DNA of 64,000 nt from an uncultured Gammaproteobacteria bacterium (GTDB lineage Bacteria > Patescibacteriota > Patescibacteriia > Patescibacteriales > UBA12465): the NCBI GenBank assembly GCA_964570655.1, contig CAZMYU010000001.1:65454-129453 (forward strand), read 5' to 3'. The notes beneath the pieces were generated by a model. The model had not been told where the DNA came from. It made no database searches and saw only the letters and a program-made list of their open reading frames with translations. Below are positions 10,059-17,175 of the stretch, one piece after another; position 1 is the first letter of the stretch; each line of letters opens with the position of its first letter. Made by a program: the position numbers and the translations under genes.

Positions 10059-10958
10059 ATGATTCCTAGCAAAAGAAAACAAAGAAAAAGACGCCAAATA
10101 CTAATAATTGGCCTAATAGTGGTTTCCACTACCCTGTGCTATTTATCTCTACGAGAATTAAAACACCAAGAAATCAAGCCAAGCCCCCAATTAACAGTTG
10201 ATTTCTTTGACATTGGCCAAGGAGACGCTACCCTAATCATTACCCCCTATAATCAAAAGATCTTAATTGACGGCGGACCGGATGGCAAAATTCTAGAGAA
10301 ATTAAATAGTGTTAATAATTTTTTTGATCGGCATTTAAATCTCATCATATCCACTCATCCCCATGCCGACCACCTCAGCGGACTCATTCCAGTTTTGCAA
10401 AACTATCAAGTCGATCAAATACTTTATGGCCCACCCGGGGCCAAGCCTTCCGGATTATTTAGACAATTTCAAAGCATCGCCCAAGAAAAACAATTTAATT
10501 TTAGAGAAATAAATAGCCCGCAAAATATCAATTTAGGTCCCAATTGTTTATTGGCCATCATCTATCCGCTGGGACCAAAAACTAGCAAAAGCGCCAATGA
10601 TCTCGGACTAGTGAGTCGTCTAGATTGTCTGGGACATCAATTTTTGTTTACTGCTGATGTCGAAGCCAAGGCCGAAAAAGAAATTATTAATTCGGGAATA
10701 AGTATTCAAGCCGAGGTTTTAAAAGTCGGTCATCACGGCTCCAAAACTTCTTCGGACTTAAATTTTTTAAAAGAAATCCGACCCAGTCTAGCTTTTATTT
10801 CAGTGAGTGCGGACAATAAGTACCGCGAACCAGCCCCAGAAACCTTAGAAAAATTCAATCAACTGGGAATAAAAATCTGGCGAAGCGATCTAGACGGTGA
10901 TTTGCAAGTAATTGCCAGCGACCAGGGGCTTTATACTAAAAAACCCCAGTTTCATTGA
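10059..10958 (+). CDS. ComEC/Rec2-related metallo-beta-lactamase-fold protein (TM anchor + MBL domain only)
   Basis: N-terminal TM helix, then DIGQGDATLI, HPHADHLSG and KVGHHGSKTSS, the motifs of the ComEC C-terminal MBL domain. Confidence 0.8.
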   Translation: MIPSKRKQRKRRQILIIGLIVVSTTLCYLSLRELKHQEIKPSPQLTVDFFDIGQGDATLIITPYNQKILIDGGPDGKILEKLNSVNNFFDRHLNLIISTHPHADHLSGLIPVLQNYQVDQILYGPPGAKPSGLFRQFQSIAQEKQFNFREINSPQNINLGPNCLLAIIYPLGPKTSKSANDLGLVSRLDCLGHQFLFTADVEAKAEKEIINSGISIQAEVLKVGHHGSKTSSDLNFLKEIRPSLAFISVSADNKYREPAPETLEKFNQLGIKIWRSDLDGDLQVIASDQGLYTKKPQFH

Positions 10959-11006
10959 GGCAAATGGCTCAAATCGGCTGGGGATAATCTGGGTGTTACC
11001 CTAGTA

Positions 11007-11035
11007 TTGACAATGATTATTCTATATGGTACACT
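11007..11035 (+). promoter_or_regulatory. Sigma70-like promoter (TTGACA-17-TACACT with TGn)
   Basis: TTGACA 11007-11012, 17-nt spacer, tgGTACACT 11030-11035. No protein gene lies downstream on this strand. Confidence 0.5.
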
Positions 11036-11041
11036 TATCTA

Positions 11042-11188
11042 TCAATTTGAAAATAAATTAAAGACCAATTGAAACGGGGTCAGGCACGACAAGCATGGGG
11101 ATTTTTCTCCCACGGTTTTGGGGCGCGAGCTCTTTAAATACGTGGAAGAAAACTTTCTTGCCTATCCCGTTTGAGTTGGTCTTTTTTG
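11042..11188 (+). ncRNA. Candidate orphan structured small RNA (family unknown)
   Basis: Lies between convergent CDSs. AAGACCAATTGAAACGGG (11061-11078) pairs with CCCGTTTGAGTTGGTCTT (11166-11183; 16 of 18) followed by a T-run. The GC-rich interior has at least 3 local hairpins. Confidence 0.4.
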
Positions 11189-11192
11189 TTTA

Positions 11193-11246
11193 GGTGTCTG
11201 GCCTGCCTGCCGGCAGGCAGGCACCCCTCATTTGTGGCCTGACACC
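11193..11246. repeat. GC-rich nested palindrome (likely terminator / REP-like element)
   Basis: Perfect 22-nt palindrome GCCTGCCTGCCGGCAGGCAGGC (11201-11222) sits inside the imperfect arms GGTGTCTGGCC / GGCCTGACACC. Confidence 0.6.
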
Positions 11247-11251
11247 AGCAG

Positions 11252-13102
11252 TTAATTCTGAGTACTAGTAGAATTATTAATCAAACCGGAAGAGCTAGAG
11301 GTAGCCGAGACACCCAGAAGACAAACCTCTTGCCAAGGGACATAATGAGAAGAAAATCTCTGGCTAACTTTGTTTTCATCAGAAGCTCCCGGTTTATAGG
11401 TAACCACATAATCAAAATAAGCATCAGCTCCATTATGCGCCTTTTCGGTGCATTTTTTTTCGCCTGGCTTCAAATCGGTCGTTTCCACAATTCTAGTTGG
11501 CGCCGGTTTTACAATATTATAAATAGTCGGCTTAGATACTTCGATCTTCCGTCCATCACTCACTCCCCAAAAATCAAAATAAATATCATTGCCAGAAATT
11601 CGCGATTGAATAATCACATAATTTCCAGTATCGTTAACAAAACGAAAATCTGGCTTGGGAATATAAATCGTCGCATCCATACCAGCCGGCTCATAATAAG
11701 CCACCCGATAAGAATGATTGCGTCGTTCAGTAATCGGAAGACCCGAATAAAGAGCGGCTCGAAAAACAGTAGTGCCAATCTGACACAAACCACCACCAAA
11801 CTCTGGGATAGTTTTGTTATCTTTAATAACTAATTCTGGCAAATAGCCAGATTTTTCATCAACATCGCCCAATACCTTGACCAAGGAAAATTCTTCCCCG
11901 GGCTTTAGCAGCGTTCCATTAACTGCGGCGGCGCCTACTTTGATATTATGGCGACGATTGGCTGGCGAACCAGCAAAATTAGAATGGCCAGTCCCGATTA
12001 TTTCACGCACCTCAAACTCATTAGGATTAATGGAATCTTCGGCCTTCACAACATTAACCAGTAAAACTAGTTTGCTTTGTCGACTCTTAGCAAAATTATC
12101 AATAATTAGATCGACGGTTTTAGCGATGTCCAAAGACAAGCCATCATTTTTGGACTGAAAGCTAGTGACCCGACCATTTTTGATTTCAAATCTAGTAATT
12201 TGCGGCTGAGAATCTATTTTGCTAGCTATTTCTGTTTTCAAATAATTTTCCAATTTGCTTCTATCAACTTTTAGCTCCACCGATTTAAAACGATCCTTGG
12301 AAAAAGACAACCAAGAAACTATAATTTTTTTATCAATTTTAAAACTCTGATTAAGAGCGCTGGTTCCGGTGGCTTGATATTCTAAACTTAGAGGGGCCAA
12401 GTCCAAAAAACTCTTGGCCAGCCCATTGGGATCAGAAATCTGACTTTTGAAAATTTCTGGCTCCACAATAGTACTTTCCAAAATTATAGGTCGATTAACA
12501 AAATCAGCCAAATTATCTTGGAGATCAGAAATAGCTGTTGGATAATCCAAAGATTCACCGGCTTGCTCTGATTTTACGCCCAGCTCCAAAATATCTTTGT
12601 CTTCTTTGATAATTTCCAGGCTCGCATTTTGCATAGTCACTTTCAAGGGATCAAACTCGCTCAGCAAGGCCTGGCTAAAAATATCTTGATCAAAATTATA
12701 AACTGGAGTCAGACGGGTACCAAAAAAATAAGCTTTTAAAACCGGCCAAAAATTAGAACCAGAATTGCCTCGACCATAACCCAGGACTAGATTAGTACTT
12801 TTGGGCTCGTCAAAGCTCAACCAATTTTCCGCCAATTCACTACCCGGAGGCCAAATTAACAATAAGGGTTTTTTGGTATCTTTGTAAAAAACGGTGACCG
12901 CCGAAAAATTATCAGCAATACGCGAGTTGATGGCGCTGGCGACCTGTGCCTGATTTAAGCCCGACAAATCTAATTCACCCAAATAAACATGCGGGTAAAC
13001 CCGACCGGCATATTCTTTTTTTAAAAAATTATAAAAACCCATGGCTGTTAACAAAATAAGCACAACAACAATGGCGATAATTAATAATATTTTCTTTCGC
13101 AT
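11252..13102 (-). CDS. VanW-domain protein (membrane-anchored, cell-wall associated)
   Basis: N-terminal TM helix. C-terminal region GGGLCQIGTTVFRAALYSGLPITERRNHSYRVAYYEPAGMDATIY is typical of VanW. Confidence 0.85.
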   Translation of the reverse strand: MRKKILLIIAIVVVLILLTAMGFYNFLKKEYAGRVYPHVYLGELDLSGLNQAQVASAINSRIADNFSAVTVFYKDTKKPLLLIWPPGSELAENWLSFDEPKSTNLVLGYGRGNSGSNFWPVLKAYFFGTRLTPVYNFDQDIFSQALLSEFDPLKVTMQNASLEIIKEDKDILELGVKSEQAGESLDYPTAISDLQDNLADFVNRPIILESTIVEPEIFKSQISDPNGLAKSFLDLAPLSLEYQATGTSALNQSFKIDKKIIVSWLSFSKDRFKSVELKVDRSKLENYLKTEIASKIDSQPQITRFEIKNGRVTSFQSKNDGLSLDIAKTVDLIIDNFAKSRQSKLVLLVNVVKAEDSINPNEFEVREIIGTGHSNFAGSPANRRHNIKVGAAAVNGTLLKPGEEFSLVKVLGDVDEKSGYLPELVIKDNKTIPEFGGGLCQIGTTVFRAALYSGLPITERRNHSYRVAYYEPAGMDATIYIPKPDFRFVNDTGNYVIIQSRISGNDIYFDFWGVSDGRKIEVSKPTIYNIVKPAPTRIVETTDLKPGEKKCTEKAHNGADAYFDYVVTYKPGASDENKVSQRFSSHYVPWQEVCLLGVSATSSSSGLINNSTSTQN

Positions 13103-13105
13103 ATT

Positions 13106-13333
13106 TTAATTTTCAGGCTGGTCAGCCTTTAATACCTCTTTTAAAATATCTTGAGCTAATTCTTGGTTGTAACTAGACAAATCACGTTGCGGATGAATAG
13201 AAAAAAAATAAACAGCCCCAACCACTAAGTCGCTGGGGGCTTTATCGGCTGGCCAATAAAAAAAACGGCCGCTGTCATCACTGAAGACCGCTTGGCCATC
13301 TCGGAGTTCATTAAATTTTAGAGAAATAGTCAT
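13106..13333 (-). CDS. Small hypothetical protein (75 aa)
   Basis: ATG at 13333 lies directly after the hsp20 stop (13335). The longer track ORF would overlap hsp20. Confidence 0.45.
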   Translation of the reverse strand: MTISLKFNELRDGQAVFSDDSGRFFYWPADKAPSDLVVGAVYFFSIHPQRDLSSYNQELAQDILKEVLKADQPEN

Positions 13334-13334
13334 A

Positions 13335-13733
13335 TCAATCTTTAGATTGGATAAAAATCTTATTGCCAGTATCCTTTTTTTTGTGCAAAACAATACTCAA
13401 AACCCCATTCTCGATATAAGCCTCAACTTTTCGATCATCAACGGCTTGAGGCAAAACGATTGACCGAGAAAATGCACCCCAATAACATTCTTGGTACAAA
13501 TAATTAACATCTCGTTGAGTGAGATCAGATTCTCTCTTGCCTTTAATGGTGAGCAAATCATTATCAAGAGCAATACTTAAATCATCAGTCCGCACCCCGG
13601 CCACTCCAGCTCTTACTATTATCTTATCATCTTCACTGTAAACATCAACCAAAAGTTCAGCCTCGTTTAAATCGGGACTAAGCCAATTATCATTACTAGG
13701 ATGCTTAATAGCTTTTTCTTGAAATAAAGGCAT
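13335..13733 (-). CDS. Hsp20/alpha-crystallin small heat-shock protein
   Basis: ACD pattern ..DLSIALDNDLLTIKGKRE..FSRSIVLPQAVDDRKVEAYIENGVLSIVLHKK. Confidence 0.9.
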   Translation of the reverse strand: MPLFQEKAIKHPSNDNWLSPDLNEAELLVDVYSEDDKIIVRAGVAGVRTDDLSIALDNDLLTIKGKRESDLTQRDVNYLYQECYWGAFSRSIVLPQAVDDRKVEAYIENGVLSIVLHKKKDTGNKIFIQSKD

Positions 13734-13744
13734 AGAGTTTAAAT

Positions 13745-13887
13745 TTTATTTAGTGCTTGCACTGCTACCATACCCTTCTTCGCCAAAGGCTACGAAGGGC
13801 ACTACTTCGCTTCTCTAAGCGTAGTGATGTTATTCTAATTGAGTGCGTGCACTACGTAGCTCAACGCGTTAGCGTTGAGCGAAGTAG
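13745..13887 (-). repeat. GC-rich multi-hairpin 3' trailer of tRNA-Lys (copy 1 of trailer repeat)
   Basis: 13773-13825 is 53/53 identical to 14135-14187. 13842-13890 is 47/49 identical to 14203-14251. Hairpins include CTCAACGC/GCGTTGAG and GCCCTTC../..GAAGGGC. Confidence 0.85.
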
Positions 13888-13960
13888 TGCGTCCAGGAGG
13901 ATTCGAACCTCCGACCATCTCCTTAAGAGGGAGCAGCTCTACCAGCTGAGCTATGGACGC
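13888..13960 (-). tRNA. tRNA-Lys (anticodon CTT)
   Basis: Cloverleaf GCGTCCA..GCTCC-CTCTTAA-GGAGA..GGAGG-TTCGAAT-CCTCC-TGGACGC-A. No encoded CCA. Confidence 0.9.
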
Positions 13961-13982
13961 TTAATTATTTTGGAACACATAG

Positions 13983-14056
13983 TAGCTGGGGAGGGACTTG
14001 AACCCTCGACCTCGACGTTATGAGTGTCGCGCTCTAACCACCTGAGCTACCCAGCC
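13983..14056 (-). tRNA. tRNA with CAT anticodon (elongator Met or Ile2/lysidine; undecided)
   Basis: GGCTGGG..CGACA-CTCATAA-CGTCG..GAGGG-TTCAAGT-CCCTC-CCCAGCT-A. It lacks the initiator features (no C1xA72, no GGG/CCC anticodon stem). Confidence 0.85.
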
Positions 14057-14248
14057 TCAATTATAATATTTTTATATAGTGCTTGCACTTCGTAGCTCAA
14101 CGCGCTAGCGTTGAGCGAAAACAACTAACTTCTGCCCTTCTTCGCCAAAGGCTACGAAGGGCACTACTTCGCTTCTCTAAGCGTAGTTACACTATTTTAA
14201 TTAGTGCGTGCACTTCGTAGCTCAACGCGCTAGCGTTGAGCGAAGTAG
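14057..14248 (-). repeat. GC-rich multi-hairpin spacer / 3' trailer of tRNA-Arg (copy 2 of trailer repeat, with an extra hairpin)
   Basis: Same unit as 13745-13887, plus an additional CTCAACGCGCTAGCGTTGAG hairpin (14086-14118). Confidence 0.85.
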
Positions 14249-14322
14249 TGCACCCAGCAGGATTTGAACCCACAACCTCTTGGTCCGAAGCCAAGCGCTC
14301 TATCCAGTTGAGCTATGAGTGC
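14249..14322 (-). tRNA. tRNA-Arg (anticodon TCG)
   Basis: GCACTCA..CTTGG-CTTCGGA-CCAAG..GTGGG-TTCAAAT-CCTGC-TGGGTGC-A. No encoded CCA. Confidence 0.9.
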
Positions 14323-14323
14323 T

Positions 14324-14380
14324 CATCTTAAATCTGATTATTTAACACCTCATTTAAATTAAATAATCAGATTTAAGATG
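14324..14380. other. 21-bp perfect AT-rich hairpin between hup and tRNA-Arg
   Basis: CATCTTAAATCTGATTATTTA (14324-14344) pairs with TAAATAATCAGATTTAAGATG (14360-14380). There is no U-tract, so it is a terminator/processing candidate only. Confidence 0.5.
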
Positions 14381-14413
14381 AATTAAAAATTAATAATTAA
14401 TAATTAAAAATTT

Positions 14414-14701
14414 TTAATTGCTAGATTTTAATTCATCTTTTAATCTTTTGCCAGTTTTGAATTTGGCCACTTTAACCGCCGGAATCTTGATTCGTTCTTT
14501 GGGATTTCGAGGATTAACTCCGCCTCGCGCATAGCGAAGCATTGATGAAAAAGTACCAAAGCTAGCAATAGTTACCTCTTCACCTTTTTTCAATTTAGCA
14601 ATAATCGTCTCCACCAAAACTCCCAAAACTTTCTCGGCCTGACGACGACTTAAGCCTTCTACTTTTTTAGTTAATTCCTCAATTAACCCAAGCTTGTTCA
14701 T
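14414..14701 (-). CDS. hup: HU-family DNA-binding protein
   Basis: MNKLGLIEELTKK..FGTFSS..ARGGVNPRNPKERIKIPAVKVAKFKTGKRLKD. Confidence 0.9.
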   Translation of the reverse strand: MNKLGLIEELTKKVEGLSRRQAEKVLGVLVETIIAKLKKGEEVTIASFGTFSSMLRYARGGVNPRNPKERIKIPAVKVAKFKTGKRLKDELKSSN

Positions 14702-14712
14702 AAAATTAAATT

Positions 14713-16242
14713 TTAGCGAGCATATTCGGTCACTCGCATTTCCCGAATAATATTAACCTTGATTTCTCCCGGATATTTCAATTCGGCTTCTATTTTTCTA
14801 GCAATATCGCTAGCCAAGTTCTGGGCTTGCAAATCATCAATCTGATCAGGCATAACAAAGACCCTAACTTCTCGACCAGCCGAAATAGCATACACCTTTT
14901 CTACGCCCGTAAAAGTATTGGCAATATTTTCTAATTCCTCTAAACGTTGCAAATAATTTTCTCGCGTATCGCTTCGAGCTCCAGGTCGAGCCGAAGAAAT
15001 CGCATCAGCCACTTTGACAATAATCGAAATAAGATCGCCCGGATTGTCTTCATGATGCTTGGCAATCGGATTAATAATATCTTCGGACAAATTAAATTTT
15101 TTGGCAATATCCCGACCGATCTCATTATGATTACCCTGAATCTCATGATCAACCGCCTTACCAATATCATGCAGGAGTCCTCCTTTTTTGGCAATAGTCA
15201 CATCAGCTCCCAATTCCTCAGCGAGCATCGCTGATAAATGAGCCACTTCAATCGAATGACGCAAAGCATTTTGACCATAAGAGGTCCGATATTTTAAACG
15301 GCCCAAAATCTGCACAAGCTTGGGATCAAAACCAGCCACCCCGACCTCATACATAGCTTCTTCACCGGCTTTTTTAATATCCACCGCAATCTCCTGCTTG
15401 GCTCTGTCGACAGCGTCTTCAATTTTGGTCGGATGAATTCGTCCATCTTTGATTAAATAATCTAAGGCCTTTTTAGCAATATGCCGACGAATTAGAGAAA
15501 ATCCAGAAATAGTAATAGCATTAGGAGTATCGTCGACAATAATCTCGACCCCAGTCATTTGCTCAATCGATTTGATATTGCGACCTTCACGACCGATAAT
15601 TCGGCCCTTCATTTCATCGCTCGGCAAATCAACAGTGGTGGTAGTGAGCTCCGGAGTATAGCTAGACACCAGACGCTGCATAGCGTTGGCTAGTAAATTC
15701 TTGGATTTTTCCTCGATGGCGTCGTTGTTTTCGTTTTCCAATTTTTTGATTCTAACTAACAAATCCTCCTGATATCTTTCTTCCAAATTTTTGAGTAAAA
15801 CTTTTTTGGCTTCATCTTGAGTCAGGCCAGCAATCTTTTCGAGCTTGGCCATTTGTTCTTCTTTGATGCCCTTGATCTCCTCTTTGATCTCCTGCACCTC
15901 ATTAACCTTGTCGTACAATTTTTGTTGCTTGTCTTGCAGGTCTAATAATTTTTGGGAAAAAGAATTCTCTCGTTGCTCCAATCTTTTTTGCAATTCATTG
16001 ATCTCCTTACGTCGAGCACTCTCCTCTTGTTTGGCTTCAGCCAAAATTTTGAGAGATTTTTCTTGGGCATCCAATTCTATCTTTTTTTGTTTGGCTCGAG
16101 CCTCATCTAGAATCTTCTCGGCCTTGGCCTGTGCGCCATTGACCGACAAGGTCGCTTTTTTACGATACACCAAATAACCGATACCAAAGCCCAAAGCTAA
16201 AATCAGTGCATAAACGATATAAATCATAATTTTAAAGTCCAA
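14713..16242 (-). CDS. rny: Ribonuclease Y
   Basis: N-terminal TM helix, coiled coil, KH domain (GRIIGREGRNIK) and HD domain (LLHDIGKAVDHE). Confidence 0.95.
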   Translation of the reverse strand: MDFKIMIYIVYALILALGFGIGYLVYRKKATLSVNGAQAKAEKILDEARAKQKKIELDAQEKSLKILAEAKQEESARRKEINELQKRLEQRENSFSQKLLDLQDKQQKLYDKVNEVQEIKEEIKGIKEEQMAKLEKIAGLTQDEAKKVLLKNLEERYQEDLLVRIKKLENENNDAIEEKSKNLLANAMQRLVSSYTPELTTTTVDLPSDEMKGRIIGREGRNIKSIEQMTGVEIIVDDTPNAITISGFSLIRRHIAKKALDYLIKDGRIHPTKIEDAVDRAKQEIAVDIKKAGEEAMYEVGVAGFDPKLVQILGRLKYRTSYGQNALRHSIEVAHLSAMLAEELGADVTIAKKGGLLHDIGKAVDHEIQGNHNEIGRDIAKKFNLSEDIINPIAKHHEDNPGDLISIIVKVADAISSARPGARSDTRENYLQRLEELENIANTFTGVEKVYAISAGREVRVFVMPDQIDDLQAQNLASDIARKIEAELKYPGEIKVNIIREMRVTEYAR

Positions 16243-16487
16243 TTTTTAGGAAGACGGCCAATATTAAAAAGCCTGCGATTTGTGTCTATAAATTTTATGT
16301 AAGAGAAATTTATTTTAAACAAAGGGGTTTCTTCCAGATTCCTAAAAACGGTCGTAATTAATTAATAAAACTAATATAAATAAATTTAGCACACTTTTTT
16401 TAGCTTGTAAAGTTAGCCAAAAAATCAACTATTCTTTACTTTTTTCGAATATTTAGTTAATATGGGTTTATGGTAATTGCCTGTGCG

Positions 16488-16515
16488 CCCTTCGACTCCC
16501 GTCGGTCGCTCAGGG
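16488..16515 (+). repeat. GC-rich leader motif CCCTTCGACTC-N8-CGCTCAGGG
   Basis: 28-nt motif upstream of tRNA-Val. A second copy at 51002-51029 has identical outer 11+9 nt. Confidence 0.7.
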
Positions 16516-16539
16516 CAAAAAATCGCGGAGCGATTTTTT

Positions 16540-16613
16540 GGGTTTATAGCTCAGTTGGTTAGAGCGCTACGTTGACATCGTAGAGGTCCCCTGTTCGAGT
16601 CAGGGTAAACCCA
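16540..16613 (+). tRNA. tRNA-Val (anticodon GAC)
   Basis: GGGTTTA..CTACG-TTGACAT-CGTAG..CCCTG-TTCGAGT-CAGGG-TAAACCC-A. Flanked by small hairpins on both sides. Confidence 0.9.
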
Positions 16614-16642
16614 CAGCGAATTTTGCTCATCGCAAAATTCCC

Positions 16643-16731
16643 AGTAATTTGTAATTTGTAGTTAGTAATTAGGACATGGAGAATTAATAAAAAAATTCGC
16701 TGTCCCAAAATACTAAATACAAAATACTCAC
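16643..16731. repeat. AT-rich imperfect-palindrome element (copy X)
   Basis: ..GTAGTTAGTAATTAGgaCATGGAG..CCCAAAAtaCTAAaTACAAAaTACTCAC. Homologous copy at 41684-41759. Confidence 0.6.
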
Positions 16732-16746
16732 CCAAATAACCAAACT

Positions 16747-16779
16747 AAAACAACCGCTAATTAGCGGTTGTTTTGTTTT
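16747..16779. terminator. Bidirectional intrinsic terminator (tRNA-Val / mscL)
   Basis: AAAACAACCGC-taatta-GCGGTTGTTTTgtttt. Confidence 0.75.
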
Positions 16780-16796
16780 ATTGAATTATCTAAAAA

Positions 16797-17171
16797 TTAC
16801 TTCGGTCGAATCTTTTCTAGGGTCTGATCGTCTTTCATAATCTTTTTAACCACAAAATACAAAATAGCCATCACAATAATAAAGGTTAGAAAAGCACTGA
16901 TAATTGAACCGATATCAAAAATCGCTCCATTTACTTCATAAGTCATTTTGCTAAAATCTCGACCAGAAAAAATAGCTTTAATAAACGGCATAAATAATCC
17001 CTTGACCAGCGAATCCACCAAATCCTTAGACACTTGGGCCACGATGACACCGATGGCCAGCCCAATCACTGCGTATTCTTTTAAGAAATTTTTCAGGCCA
17101 CCAAAAAAACTAAAAGTTCGGCTGCCTTCTACACTTTTTTTGAATTGATCAAATTTTTCCTTACTAATCAT
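16797..17171 (-). CDS. mscL: Large-conductance mechanosensitive channel
   Basis: 124 aa. FKNFLKEYAVIGLAIGVIVAQ..LVDSLVKGLFMPFI plus a second TM helix. Confidence 0.85.
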   Translation of the reverse strand: MISKEKFDQFKKSVEGSRTFSFFGGLKNFLKEYAVIGLAIGVIVAQVSKDLVDSLVKGLFMPFIKAIFSGRDFSKMTYEVNGAIFDIGSIISAFLTFIIVMAILYFVVKKIMKDDQTLEKIRPK

Positions 17172-17175
17172 AAAA

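Noticed and set aside
11042-11188. Possibility that the orphan sRNA is SRP (4.5S) RNA
   Set aside because: GUCAGG and AAGCA words are present. However, there is no GNAR tetraloop hairpin and no AGCAGC 3' strand in the arrangement of SRP helix 8, so I leave it unassigned. The 38217-38359 hairpin also lacks these motifs on both strands.
13757-14023. 88-aa plus-strand ORF from the track
   Set aside because: It lies entirely over the GC-rich trailer repeat and two minus-strand tRNA genes. Its Arg/Leu/Ser-rich translation is a by-product of the hairpin repeats.
14324-14380. Calling the 21-bp AT hairpin a canonical rho-independent terminator for hup
   Set aside because: No U-tract follows it on either strand, and tRNA-Arg begins 2 nt away. 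I keep it only as a hairpin of unknown role.
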